Shown: one piece after another, positions 18,647 to 28,675 of the stretch
Position numbering within the stretch: the stretch's first letter is position 1
Layout of the letters: every line of letters starts with the position of its first letter
Translations under genes and position numbers: made by a program
The notes under the pieces: model-generated
The model's database searches: none
What the model was told of the DNA's origin: nothing
Seen by the model: the letters and a program-made list of their open reading frames with translations, nothing else
Source: an uncultured archaeon
GTDB lineage: Archaea > Iainarchaeota > Iainarchaeia > Iainarchaeales > JAAZKV01
DNA: 64,000 nucleotides
Direction: 5' to 3'
NCBI GenBank assembly: GCA_964461205.1
Contig: CAYWUL010000002.1
Coordinates: 17,779-81,778, forward strand

Positions 18647-19885
18647 ATGGATTTGACAAATGATGAAAAAGAAATGGCAGAAGGAAAACAAGGAAATGCT
18701 TTAAAAAAATCAATGGAAATTCTTATTGCACTCGGAGAAATTTATGGTGCAGAAAAACTAGTTGATGTAACAAGTGTACAAATCGCAGGAGTAAGTTATG
18801 ACAATTTAGGAGATGCGGGATTAGAATACTTAGCAGAAATGGCAATTGACGGGAAAACAAGAGTTCTAACAACTTTGAATCCTGCAGGAATGGATTTAGA
18901 AAATTGGGAAGCTCTTGGAATGGCAAAAGAATTTGCAGAAAAACAAAAAGCAGTAATCGACTCTTTTGCGAAGATGGGCGTAAAAACAACTTGTACTTGT
19001 ACACCTTATTTTATTGGAAACAAACCAAACCAAGGAGACCATATTGCATGGAGTGAATCAAGTGCAGTAGCATATGCAAACTCTGTTCTTGGTGCATACA
19101 CAAATAGAGAAGGTGGGCCAAGCGCATTAGCAAGTGCATTAACCGGAAAAACACCATTGTACGGAATGCATTTAGATGAAAATAGAAATGCAAAAGTAAA
19201 AGTTATTGTTGAAACAGAAATAAAAGGAACAGAATATTTTGGAGCTCTTGGAAGAGTTATTGGAGAAAAAATAAAGAACAAACCAGCATACATTACTGGA
19301 ATAAAAGAAGCTTCAATAGAAGAACTAAAATCGTTCAGTGCAAGCATTGCAACATATGGAGGCGCCGCAATATTTCACATAGAAGGAATTACTCCAAACA
19401 AAACGCCAGTGCCAGAAGAAAGTATTAATGTTACAAAAGAAGAAATTGATACCGCACTTGCTAGTTGGAATGATGATTGTGAAGTTGATTTTGTAAGTGT
19501 TGGTTGTCCGCATTGCAGTTTGAAAGAAATTGAAAAACTAGCTGAAATGTTAAATGGAAAAAAAGTTACAAAAGAATTTTGGATTACTTGTGCAAGACCA
19601 ATAAAAAAAGAAGCAGAAGAAAAAGGATATGTAAAAAAAATTGAAGAAGCTGGAGCAAAATTTGCTTGTGATACTTGTTGTGTAGTGGCTCCAATAAAAG
19701 GACGTTTTAAATGTCTAGCAACAGACTCAGCAAAAGGATGTTATTATGGTGCGGCAAAAAACGAATTCAAAGTAAAAATAATGTCAATAGAAAATTTAGT
19801 AAGAGAAGCATGCGGGGCAACTCAAAATCAAGAAGATTTTGTGAATCCTTCTCAGACTGCGTCTTCAAAGGAAGTGGTAGAATGA
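18647..19885 (+). CDS. Aconitase X catalytic subunit, probable phosphomevalonate dehydratase large subunit
   Basis: GVSYDNLG, TTLNP, CTCTPY, WSESSA, NREGGP, GCPHCS, DTC, TDSAKG. Confidence 0.92.
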   Translation: MDLTNDEKEMAEGKQGNALKKSMEILIALGEIYGAEKLVDVTSVQIAGVSYDNLGDAGLEYLAEMAIDGKTRVLTTLNPAGMDLENWEALGMAKEFAEKQKAVIDSFAKMGVKTTCTCTPYFIGNKPNQGDHIAWSESSAVAYANSVLGAYTNREGGPSALASALTGKTPLYGMHLDENRNAKVKVIVETEIKGTEYFGALGRVIGEKIKNKPAYITGIKEASIEELKSFSASIATYGGAAIFHIEGITPNKTPVPEESINVTKEEIDTALASWNDDCEVDFVSVGCPHCSLKEIEKLAEMLNGKKVTKEFWITCARPIKKEAEEKGYVKKIEEAGAKFACDTCCVVAPIKGRFKCLATDSAKGCYYGAAKNEFKVKIMSIENLVREACGATQNQEDFVNPSQTASSKEVVE

Positions 19886-20271
19886 AACTAAAAGGAAGAA
19901 CAATAGCAAAAGGACAAGCAGAAGGCGAAGTACTTTACACAGAAGAAGGAATTAGTTTTTTTGGAGGAGTTAATCCTGATACAGGGATAGTTGCTGAAAG
20001 TGGCCACCCATTAGAAGGAGTTTGCATTACTGGAAAAATACTTGTTTTTCCACAAGGAAAAGGGTCAACTGTTGGAAGCTATGCTCTTTACAGAATGAAA
20101 AAACAAGGGACCGCACCAATTGCATTAGTAAATGCTGAATGTGAAACAATTGTTGCAGTTGGAGCAATAATTTCTGAAATTCCATGTATTGATAAAATAG
20201 ATATTTCTCAATTAAAAGAATCAAAAACAGCAAAAGTTAATGGTGAAGAAGGAACAGTTGAATTTGAGTGA
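19882..20271 (+). CDS. Aconitase X swiveling subunit (DUF126), phosphomevalonate dehydratase small subunit
   Basis: ISFFGGVNP.TG, HPLEG, GKGSTVGSY, ETIVAVGAII; ATGA overlap with the large subunit. Confidence 0.93.
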   Translation: MKLKGRTIAKGQAEGEVLYTEEGISFFGGVNPDTGIVAESGHPLEGVCITGKILVFPQGKGSTVGSYALYRMKKQGTAPIALVNAECETIVAVGAIISEIPCIDKIDISQLKESKTAKVNGEEGTVEFE

Positions 20272-20275
20272 TAAA

Positions 20276-21076
20276 ATGTCTTTAATAATTCTAAAACTTG
20301 GCGGTTCTGCTATTACAAAAAAAGCAGACAATAAATTCGAAATGAATTATGAAGTTTTGAATCGTTCAGCACAAGAAATAAAAAATGCGCAAGAACAAAA
20401 TCCAGACTTAGAACTAATTGTTGTTTGTGGAGTTGGTCCTTTTGGGCACACAAATGTAAAAGAATTTGATATTAATAATGGAATCACAACAGATAGACAC
20501 AAAGCAGGAGTAGAAAAAACAAATAAAGATTGTGATTTTGTTGGGAATGAAACAGTAAAAGCATTAAAAAATATTGGTTTGAAAGCAAAGCTAATTTCAG
20601 GTTATGATATTTGCAAACAAAAAAACAAACAAGTAGTTTCTTTTGATTTAGGACCATACAAAAAAGCTCTGGAAGAAAAAATAATTCCAATTACTACAGG
20701 GATAATGGTTGAAGATAAAGAATTAGTTTGGAGCGTTATGTCTGGAGACCAAGTAATTGCACAATTAGCAAAACATTTATCTCCAGAAAAAGTTTTGATT
20801 GGAGCTGATGTTGATGGGATATTCACTGCAGACCCAAAAAATGATGAAAAAGCAGAATTAATTGAAGAAATAACAAAAGAAAATATTGAAAGTATTTTAG
20901 AAAAAGTTGGAGAATCAAGAGCCGTAGATGTTACTGGCGGAATGAAAGGAAAACTAGACAAATTAGCAAAAAATCTAGGCGGGGTTAATGTTGAAATATT
21001 TTCGCTATTTGTTGAAAAGAATTTAGAAAATGTTTTGTTAGGAAAAGAAATAAAAAGTACAAAAATAATGCTTTAA
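20276..21076 (+). CDS. ipk: Isopentenyl phosphate kinase
   Basis: LKLGGSAIT, GVGPFGH, SGDQ, DVDG, DVTGGMKGK. Confidence 0.9.
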   Translation: MSLIILKLGGSAITKKADNKFEMNYEVLNRSAQEIKNAQEQNPDLELIVVCGVGPFGHTNVKEFDINNGITTDRHKAGVEKTNKDCDFVGNETVKALKNIGLKAKLISGYDICKQKNKQVVSFDLGPYKKALEEKIIPITTGIMVEDKELVWSVMSGDQVIAQLAKHLSPEKVLIGADVDGIFTADPKNDEKAELIEEITKENIESILEKVGESRAVDVTGGMKGKLDKLAKNLGGVNVEIFSLFVEKNLENVLLGKEIKSTKIML

Positions 21077-21175
21077 TCAAAAAACAAAGCTCGAAATAAT
21101 CGTCCTAACTTAGTTTTTAAATATTGCTTTTAGTTAGCTTTTTATTGTGCTTAGTGCCTATTAATAGTGAGCCTT

Positions 21176-21712
21176 ATGAAACAAATAATACTACTTGGAA
21201 GAGGTGGACAAGGAGCAGTAACAAGCTCAAGAGTGCTAGCGATAGCAGCATTTGAAGATGGGAATTTTTCACAAGCCTTTCCTAATTTTGGTGTAGAAAG
21301 AATGGGAGCACCAGTAAGAAGTTATGCAAGAATTGATAAAAAATTTATTAATTTAAGAGAGCAAGTTTATGAAGCAGATTATGCAATAGTTTTAGACGCA
21401 ACATTATTATCTGGTCTAACAGAAAAAGTAACAGACACAATAATAATTAATTCAAACAAAACTGAAGAAGAAATAAAGTTAGAAACAAAAGCAAGAATAA
21501 GATGTGTTGATATCACAAAAGTAGCTTTAGAAGTAATAGGAAAACCGTTTGTAAATATTGCTGCTTTAGGAGCATTTGCGGCAATAACAAAAGAAGTTTC
21601 TTTAAAAGGATTAGAAAAAGCAGTTGAACAACAAATGGGGAATAAAGGGCCAATGGTAGAAAAAAACTTAAAAGCAATTGAAGAAGTTTACAAGCTTGCA
21701 GGTGGTAAGTAG
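21176..21712 (+). CDS. porC: Pyruvate:ferredoxin oxidoreductase gamma subunit
   Basis: GRGGQGAVT, FPNFGVERMGAPV. Confidence 0.93.
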   Translation: MKQIILLGRGGQGAVTSSRVLAIAAFEDGNFSQAFPNFGVERMGAPVRSYARIDKKFINLREQVYEADYAIVLDATLLSGLTEKVTDTIIINSNKTEEEIKLETKARIRCVDITKVALEVIGKPFVNIAALGAFAAITKEVSLKGLEKAVEQQMGNKGPMVEKNLKAIEEVYKLAGGK

Positions 21713-21996
21713 TGGCAGAAAAAAAAGAAAAATTAAAGTTCAATAAAGGCGCAGTAATTGATGAGCCAGGTTCAACAAAAAAATACAAAACTGGAGAATG
21801 GCGAACATACAAACCATCAATTGACCATTCAAAATGTATTAAGTGTGGTAAGTGTTGGGCGAATTGTCCTGATGCAGCAATCTTCAAAGATAAAGATGGA
21901 AATTTTCAAATAAATTATGATTATTGTAAAGGATGTTTAATTTGTGAAAAAGAATGCCCAGTAAAATGTATTAGCCATGTTGTGGAGGAGAAATAA
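21712..21996 (+). CDS. porD: POR delta subunit (2[4Fe-4S])
   Basis: KTGEWR, CIKCGKCWANCP, YCKGCLICEKECP. Confidence 0.95.
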   Translation: MAEKKEKLKFNKGAVIDEPGSTKKYKTGEWRTYKPSIDHSKCIKCGKCWANCPDAAIFKDKDGNFQINYDYCKGCLICEKECPVKCISHVVEEK

Positions 21997-21997
21997 T

Positions 21998-22375
21998 ATG
22001 ATTAAATTAGATCTTCCAGCAAGAGTAAAAAAAGGATTGCATAAAAAAAGCTTGATTGTTCCAGGAATTATAAGAAAAGAAATTTCTGCAGAAAAAGAAG
22101 GACAAGCAAGAACAAGGTATGCTACAAAACAAATACTTGATGAAATAAATATTAAAGATAGAACAAAAAGACAAGCAGTTCAAAAAGCAGTAACACAACA
22201 CTTCAAAGAAGCAATTTTAATTGAAGCAGAAAAAGAAAGGATGTCTTATGAACAAAGACTCGAAGCAAAGTATAAAGTAGATGATAAATTAACAGCTTCT
22301 TTAAAACAAATATTAGGAAAAGATTTTGATAAGTTTGAACAAATAATTGAAAGAGTAAGGAGAACAGGTGAATAA
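21998..22375 (+). CDS. Helical basic orphan protein inside the por operon
   Basis: ATG 1 nt after the porD stop; stop 2 nt before porA. Confidence 0.7.
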   Translation: MIKLDLPARVKKGLHKKSLIVPGIIRKEISAEKEGQARTRYATKQILDEINIKDRTKRQAVQKAVTQHFKEAILIEAEKERMSYEQRLEAKYKVDDKLTASLKQILGKDFDKFEQIIERVRRTGE

Positions 22376-22377
22376 AA

Positions 22378-23523
22378 ATGCCTAAAAAAGTAGTAATAAG
22401 TGGTTCAGATGCGATTGCCGAAGCGGTAAAACTTTGTAAACCGCGAGTTTGCCCAATGTATCCTATTACTCCATCAACATTAATACCTGAAAAAATTAGT
22501 GAATTTATTAATAATGGAGAAATGAATACTGAAATGATTCATGTTGAGTCAGAACATTCAGCAGCAAGCGCATTATATGGAGCATATGCAACAGGAGTAA
22601 GAGCATTCACAGCATCAGCAAGTAATGGGATTGCTTTGATGCACGAAATATTACCAATAATTTCTTCAGCAAGATTTCCGGCAGTAATGGGGGTCGCAAA
22701 CAGAACTATTAGTGGTCCAATAAATATTTGGAATGATCATAGTGATGCTATGAGTGAAAGAGATCAAGGTTGGATACAAATGTATTGTGAATCAAGCCAA
22801 GAAGCTTTTGATACAATAATAATGGCTTACAAGATAGCAGAAAAAGAAAAAGTTTCTTTACCCGTGATGGTTTGTATTGATGGATTTGCATTGAGCCATG
22901 TTTTTGAACCAGTGCAAATTGAAGAACAAAAAAAAGTAGATTCTTTCTTACCAGAATACAAACCAAGAGAATTTTTAGACACAAAAAAACCAATGTCTTT
23001 TGGACCAATTGCTTTTCCAAATAGTTTTTTTGAATTCCATGAACAAGAAAATGACGCAATGAAAGAAGCACTAAGAGAAATTCCATTAGTGCATAAAGAA
23101 TTTGAAAAAGAATTTGGAAGAAAATATGGTAATGGTTTGATAGAATTAATAGAAATGAAAGACGCAAAATATGCATTAATAGCAAATGGGACAAGTGTTG
23201 GAACTGCACGCGTTGTTGTTGAAGAATTAAGAAAAAAAGGAAAAAAAGTCGGTTTAATAAAACTAAAAACTTTCAGGCCATTCCCAAGAGAAGAATTAAT
23301 TAAAGCATGCAAAGGATTGAAAGCGCTTGGAGTAATTGATAGGCACGTTTCTTTAGGAAGTGAAGGTGCAATGACACTTGATATTAAAGCAGTTTTAAAA
23401 GATGAAAAAGTAAGAGTAGAAGGATTTATTTCTGGCTTGGGTGGAAGAGACATTAATACAACAAGACTAAAAAAGGCATTTGATATTTTAGAAAAAGGAG
23501 GTTCCGGAATCTGGCTTAAGTAA
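22378..23523 (+). CDS. porA: POR alpha subunit
   Basis: YPITPST, VESEHSA, NIWNDHSD, DGFALSH, FRPFP, GLGGRD. Confidence 0.95.
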   Translation: MPKKVVISGSDAIAEAVKLCKPRVCPMYPITPSTLIPEKISEFINNGEMNTEMIHVESEHSAASALYGAYATGVRAFTASASNGIALMHEILPIISSARFPAVMGVANRTISGPINIWNDHSDAMSERDQGWIQMYCESSQEAFDTIIMAYKIAEKEKVSLPVMVCIDGFALSHVFEPVQIEEQKKVDSFLPEYKPREFLDTKKPMSFGPIAFPNSFFEFHEQENDAMKEALREIPLVHKEFEKEFGRKYGNGLIELIEMKDAKYALIANGTSVGTARVVVEELRKKGKKVGLIKLKTFRPFPREELIKACKGLKALGVIDRHVSLGSEGAMTLDIKAVLKDEKVRVEGFISGLGGRDINTTRLKKAFDILEKGGSGIWLK

Positions 23524-23580
23524 GCCAGCACAGACGTGAACCGGCTGGGCGGTTCTGAAAAAGGAATTTGGCTTAAGTGA
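23491..23580 (+). repeat. Duplicated porA C-terminus around a GC-rich hairpin islet
   Basis: GAAAAAGGA direct repeat at 23491-23499 and 23557-23565; TGGCTTAAGT twice; hairpins CTGGCTTA-ag-TAAGCCAG and GAACCG-gctggg-CGGTTC. Confidence 0.8.
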
Positions 23581-23585
23581 TTGTT

Positions 23586-23933
23586 ATGGTTAGAGTTGGA
23601 AAATGGAGTAATAGAAAAAGAGGAAGAGTAAAAATTATCCCTTTTTCAGGAAGAACACAAACAAATGCAGAAGATAGAGTAATAAAATCAAAATTGAGTA
23701 GAAACATGGCTAATAAAAAAGAAGTTCTTGATGCGCTTGGAGACAAACCTAACCCTTATGCTAGAGCCGGGCTTTTAATGCGAAAGAGGCCTGAAATTAC
23801 TCCTGAAACACCAAAACGAGTTGCAGATGCGATAGAAAGACAAAATAAAGCAGGAGAAATTGTTAGAGACAGAAAAAGGAGAGCATCAAGGATAATGCAA
23901 GAACGGGCATTAAATCAAGGGAGGTTAGGGTGA
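23586..23933 (+). CDS. Small Arg-rich orphan protein
   Basis: GTGAT SD; N-terminus MVRVGKWSNRKRGRVK. Confidence 0.7.
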   Translation: MVRVGKWSNRKRGRVKIIPFSGRTQTNAEDRVIKSKLSRNMANKKEVLDALGDKPNPYARAGLLMRKRPEITPETPKRVADAIERQNKAGEIVRDRKRRASRIMQERALNQGRLG

Positions 23934-23938
23934 ATTTT

Positions 23939-24187
23939 ATGGTTAGAAGAAAAGTTTCTGGAAGAATTCCTTCAAAAGAAGAATTAACAAAAGAAACAAT
24001 GCTAAATTCAAGAATAAAATCACTTGGAGGAAAACCAGACAAGATGAGTGAAAGAGGTAAAAAAATGTTTTTGGAAAAAAGAGTTTGGGAACATCCAATA
24101 AAGGCGGGAGCCGCGTTTATTTATACAAGATTATTAAGAAGGAAAGCACAAAGTATTAGAAAAGCAAGACAAGAGGCACAGAATTAG
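23939..24187 (+). CDS. Small Arg/Lys-rich orphan protein
   Basis: GGGTGA SD; N-terminus [13 protein letters not shown]. Confidence 0.65.
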   Translation: MVRRKVSGRIPSKEELTKETMLNSRIKSLGGKPDKMSERGKKMFLEKRVWEHPIKAGAAFIYTRLLRRKAQSIRKARQEAQN

Positions 24188-24212
24188 TGTGATAAATTGG
24201 CAGATGATATTT

Positions 24213-26219
24213 ATGGTAATAATGGGTTTGAATGAAGAAGAGCTTTTTGCAAGCGGGCATAGGGCATGTGCGGGGTGTGGAGAAGCACTAGCATTAAGAC
24301 ATATACTAAAAGCAGCTGGAAGAAAAACAATTGTTGCACAAGCAACGGGGTGTATGGAAGTTGTATCAAGCCCATATCCAGAAACAAGTTGGGAAATCCC
24401 ATGGGTTCATTGTGCATTTGAAAATGCGGCGGCAGTAGCAAGTGGAATTCGTGCAGCACTAAATATGAAAGGAGACAAAGAAACAAACGTTATTGCAATG
24501 GGTGGAGACGGAGCATCATTCGATATTGGGTTTGGTTCTTTAAGTGGAGCACTAGAACGTGGAAGCAAATTTTTGTATGTTGTAACAGATAATGAGGCAT
24601 ATATGAATTGTTTAGCGCTGGACTCACTAATAATGACAAAAGATGGATTGAAAAAAATAACCGACATAAATGTTGGCGATGAAGTTTATGCGTTTGGGCA
24701 AAATACAAACGAATTAGTTCTAAAAAAGTGTAGTGGAGTATTTGATAATGGAGAAAAAAGAGTTTTTGAAATTAATACTTCTTCAAATACAATAAAGGCA
24801 ACAGGAAACCACCCTTTCTTAGTTTTACAAAGAAATGGAAAGTCGGGAAAAAATCAATTTGTTTGGAAAATGGTTGAAGAATTAAAAGTTGGGGAAGAAG
24901 TTGTTTCACTTAAAAAAGGACTTGAAGGGAAAACCTATAATTTTTCTAAAATAAATGAATCAAAGAAAGGAGATTACAAAGTTAATAAGATAAATGAAGT
25001 AGAATTGCCAAATAATTCTTCCCCCGAATTAATGAAATTATTAGGAATTTATGTTGGGGATGGCTGGACAAGAATAAATAAAGCCGAAGTTGGGTTTGCT
25101 TTGCCAAAAAAAGTTAGGGGAAGAAAAGAAGCAAAGCAATTAATTGAAAATATGCTTTGGAGCCATTGTTTGAGTGAAACAGATAACGAACTGCATATAA
25201 GATCCATAAATATTGCAAGATTTTTTGATTCTTTGGGATTTGGAAAAGGAGCAAAAAACAAAATTGTTCCGCAATGGGTTTTTTCATTGCCATTAAATGA
25301 AAAACAAGCGTTTGTTGAAGGGTTAATGCTTTCTGACGGATATACAATTGGAAAAAGCAACAGATATGTTTCTGCAAGTTATGAACTTCTTAGAACATTA
25401 AGATTATTATTACAAACAATGGATGTACACGTTGGAAAAATACACCAACAAACAAAACAAAAAGGAACTCTTGTTGTAAACAGTGAATTGTTAGCAGATT
25501 CGACCTATGGTTGTGTGTGTTTTAGTGGAAAACAAGGCGCATTATTGAAATATGCTAACCAAAACAAACAAAGAAATTATTTATTTGGAAATGAACATTT
25601 TGAAACAAAGAAAATTATTTCTATAGAAAAAAAAGGGATTGAAAAAACACTGGATTTACGGGTGGATGGAGAACACAACTTTGTTGCTAATGGAATCGTA
25701 GTGCATAATACTGGAATCCAAAGAAGTGGAGCAACTTTTCCTTATGCAAGCACAACTACTTCTCCAGCAGGAAAAGTAATTCATGGAAAACAACAACCAA
25801 AAAAACCACTCCCATTTATTGTTGCAGCCCATGGTATAGAATATGTTGCAACAGCAAGTGTATCAAACTTAATTGACCTAAAAAACAAAGTAGAAAAAGC
25901 TCTCAAAGTAGACGGGCCATCATTCTTACATGTTTTAGTTCCTTGTACTCCAGGATGGAAGATAGATGCTTCTTCAACAATCGAAATTGCTAGAAAAGCC
26001 GTTGATACTTGGGCGGGGCCAGTGTATGAAATAGAAAGAGGAATATTAAAATTAAACCAAAAACCAGAAATAAAACCAATCGAAGAATACTTGATGATGC
26101 AAGGAAGATTCAAACATGTTACTCCTAGCGAAGTAGAAAAAATACAAGAATATGTTAACAAAAGGAAAAGATTCTTAGAAGAAAATGACGGAAAAGAAAT
26201 CGTTGATGTTTTATATTAA
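24213..26219 (+). CDS. porB: POR beta subunit, intein-containing (start uncertain: 24189, 24213 or 24222)
   Basis: [53 protein letters not shown]. Confidence 0.95.
   Translation: MVIMGLNEEELFASGHRACAGCGEALALRHILKAAGRKTIVAQATGCMEVVSSPYPETSWEIPWVHCAFENAAAVASGIRAALNMKGDKETNVIAMGGDGASFDIGFGSLSGALERGSKFLYVVTDNEAYMNCLALDSLIMTKDGLKKITDINVGDEVYAFGQNTNELVLKKCSGVFDNGEKRVFEINTSSNTIKATGNHPFLVLQRNGKSGKNQFVWKMVEELKVGEEVVSLKKGLEGKTYNFSKINESKKGDYKVNKINEVELPNNSSPELMKLLGIYVGDGWTRINKAEVGFALPKKVRGRKEAKQLIENMLWSHCLSETDNELHIRSINIARFFDSLGFGKGAKNKIVPQWVFSLPLNEKQAFVEGLMLSDGYTIGKSNRYVSASYELLRTLRLLLQTMDVHVGKIHQQTKQKGTLVVNSELLADSTYGCVCFSGKQGALLKYANQNKQRNYLFGNEHFETKKIISIEKKGIEKTLDLRVDGEHNFVANGIVVHNTGIQRSGATFPYASTTTSPAGKVIHGKQQPKKPLPFIVAAHGIEYVATASVSNLIDLKNKVEKALKVDGPSFLHVLVPCTPGWKIDASSTIEIARKAVDTWAGPVYEIERGILKLNQKPEIKPIEEYLMMQGRFKHVTPSEVEKIQEYVNKRKRFLEENDGKEIVDVLY
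24609..25709 (+). mobile_element. 367-aa intein with LAGLIDADG homing endonuclease
   Basis: Starts CLALDS; block [16 protein letters not shown] and [10 protein letters not shown]; ends [12 protein letters not shown] with +1 Thr. Removal restores YMN-TGIQRS. Confidence 0.95.
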
Positions 26220-26254
26220 TTTCAAGATTAATTGGATTTTTTTTTTATTTTTAA

Positions 26255-27715
26255 CTATTTTTCACAAGCCCTTCCTTCACCACAAAAACCACTTAATTCT
26301 GTTCCTTTTTTTGTTGGATAAGTTCCATTCAAACAAGCTAAACATAGTTCTTTTTCATTAAAACCAATTGCATTAAAGAGGCCTTCAAAAGATTGATAAA
26401 CAATTGAATTAACACCAAGTTCTTTTCTAATTTCTTCAATCCTTTTTTTGTTATCAATTTCTGCTCTTGCAATAAATTCTTTTTTTGACCCCATGTCGAT
26501 TCCATAAAAACAAGGAAACATTATTGGGGGGCAAGAAACACGAACATGTATTTCTTTAGGATTCCCATTTGTTTTAATAAAATCAATAAGTCCTTTCATT
26601 GTTGTTCCGCGAACAATACTATCATCAACCAAGAATACTTTTTTTCCTTCAAAAACTTCACGCGCAATACTAAATTTTTCTTTTACCCTTTCTTCACGAG
26701 ATTTTGATTCAATAAAAGTTCTTCCAACATATCTATTTCTAATCAAACCTTCTTTTGATGGGATTTTTAAAAAATCAGAAAAACCGTCCCCTGCAGGTTT
26801 ACTTGAATCTGGGACAGAAACAACCACACAATTAGAATCAATTTTTTGTGTTTCGATTTTTGCAAGTTCTTGTCCAAGTTTGTAACGCACATTATACACA
26901 AGTTTTTTTTCTAGTACTGATGCGGGGTGTGAAAAATAAACCCATTCAAAAAAACAATAATCTTTTTTTTTGTTTGAAGAATAATTAACAAGTTTTATTT
27001 TGTTATCTTTGATGATTAACATGTGTCCTGCTGGAAGATCGTTTATTTCTTTAAAACCAAGGTTTGCAAGAGCAACACTTTCACTAGCAAAGGCAATTCT
27101 TTCTTTTTCTTCAGCATAACAAAGTGGTTTGATTCCATTGGGGTCTCGTAAAACAACAATCGTTCCTTCTGCATTAATAAAAGCAATACAATATGCTCCG
27201 TCCAATTTTTCTGCTAAACCAGAAAAAACTTTTTCTAAATCTTTTGAATTCTTTTTGAGTTCTTTTGAAATCAAGTGTTCGATTATTTCAGTGTCTGTTT
27301 CTTTAATTAAATGATAACCACTTTCTTCTAAACCTTGTTTTAGTTCTTTGTAATTTGCAATGTTTCCATTAAAACAAATAGAAAACCATTTGGTTTTTTT
27401 CCCATGTCTTCTTTCAAAGGGTTGTGCGTATTCAACATCATCTTTTCCACAAGTAGCATATCGCACGTGTCCAATTCCGCGTGTGGAATGCATTTTTTCC
27501 ATTATTTGTTTGAATTTGTTTTCATCATATGCTTTGAAAGCAACGTTTGCTAAACCCAATCCTTTGTAAGTTTTTAACAAATAATCATTGTTTGGTTGAA
27601 AAGTAGTCATTCCTGCAGATAATTGTCCTCTGTGTTGTAATTGAATTAGCATTTTGAAGATTTTTTTTTCAGCGTTTTCTCCAACAAAGCCACAAATTCC
27701 ACATTCATCTTTCAT
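26255..27715 (-). CDS. purF: Amidophosphoribosyltransferase
   Basis: ECGI N-terminal nucleophile, LQHRGQ, GHVRYAT, CFFEWVYF, VDDSIVRGTT, PCFYGIDM, CLAC. Confidence 0.95.
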   Translation of the reverse strand: MKDECGICGFVGENAEKKIFKMLIQLQHRGQLSAGMTTFQPNNDYLLKTYKGLGLANVAFKAYDENKFKQIMEKMHSTRGIGHVRYATCGKDDVEYAQPFERRHGKKTKWFSICFNGNIANYKELKQGLEESGYHLIKETDTEIIEHLISKELKKNSKDLEKVFSGLAEKLDGAYCIAFINAEGTIVVLRDPNGIKPLCYAEEKERIAFASESVALANLGFKEINDLPAGHMLIIKDNKIKLVNYSSNKKKDYCFFEWVYFSHPASVLEKKLVYNVRYKLGQELAKIETQKIDSNCVVVSVPDSSKPAGDGFSDFLKIPSKEGLIRNRYVGRTFIESKSREERVKEKFSIAREVFEGKKVFLVDDSIVRGTTMKGLIDFIKTNGNPKEIHVRVSCPPIMFPCFYGIDMGSKKEFIARAEIDNKKRIEEIRKELGVNSIVYQSFEGLFNAIGFNEKELCLACLNGTYPTKKGTELSGFCGEGRACEK

Positions 27716-27829
27716 TTATAAGTATTGGATAAATAACTAGTTAAAAAACAATTCAATCTTATACATAATTAGTTATTTTTTTTGGATAATTCTGTAATTA
27801 AATTATATTGTAATGATTTTTTTTTGTTT

Positions 27830-28600
27830 TTAGTTTTTTAATAATCTTTGCACTCTTTCAAATTTTAATCCGGATTGTTCACAAAGGTCCAAGACTTTTT
27901 GTTTCCATGTTTTTAGTCCTTTCCAATCAATAACAATTTCTTCAGCACCAGTTTTTGAAATCATTTGTGCGAGTAAATCAGAATCAAGTGATTCAAGAGC
28001 ATATTGTGGACAAATATGTCCAAAAGAATAATTTTTTCGAAGAGCTAGTTTTGTAAAATCTGGAGCATAATGCCTCCCACCAATTCCAATAACTATTTTG
28101 TCATTATTTTCTTTCATTGTATCTTCAATAAGTGTTTTTGCAATTATTTCTGCTTCCTCTTTGTTGTCCCATTCTTTTTGCGAACTTCCTAATTCAATAA
28201 AACAAACTTCTTTTTCACAATATGGGCCGTGGTGAGTAACTTCATAACAAACAACATATTCTTCGTTTTTGTTTTTTTCTTTTAATCCTCTTAGTAAGTT
28301 TGTAATGGTTTTTGGGGTTGTTGTGCACAGGGTTTTTTCTCTTCCACCAAATTCTGCTTTGTCAAAATTTCCTATTGAATGAACTGTAAGAGATTTAGTT
28401 CCTGCACTAGAAGCATGTTTTGAAAGAACAATTACTTTTTTTTCAGCACATTTATCTAAGGGTAAATGAGTACTGTCTTCTTCAAATTCATAAATTGTTG
28501 CCCATTCTACTGCCCCAATTTCTTTTAATCTTCCAGCAATGTTTTGTGCAGCAGGATCAATTTTTGAATAAGCAATGGCTATTTTTTCTTTTTGTTCCAT
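27830..28600 (-). CDS. dtdA: D-aminoacyl-tRNA deacylase (DTD2)
   Basis: SKH, LTVH..GN, YEVTHHGP, FIELGS, GIGGRHYAP. Confidence 0.92.
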   Translation of the reverse strand: MEQKEKIAIAYSKIDPAAQNIAGRLKEIGAVEWATIYEFEEDSTHLPLDKCAEKKVIVLSKHASSAGTKSLTVHSIGNFDKAEFGGREKTLCTTTPKTITNLLRGLKEKNKNEEYVVCYEVTHHGPYCEKEVCFIELGSSQKEWDNKEEAEIIAKTLIEDTMKENNDKIVIGIGGRHYAPDFTKLALRKNYSFGHICPQYALESLDSDLLAQMISKTGAEEIVIDWKGLKTWKQKVLDLCEQSGLKFERVQRLLKN

Positions 28601-28675
28601 AACAAGATTAGTGGCATAATAGTTTAAGTAACTTTTTAAAGTTTCTGAATTTGTATTATTTTAGAGGTGGTTTTA

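Noticed and set aside
22827..23531. 234-aa minus-strand ORF, and similar antisense ORFs over dnaK, thiolase, secD (43193-43915) and polC
   Set aside because: Each lies almost entirely opposite a confidently identified gene, as expected from codon bias.
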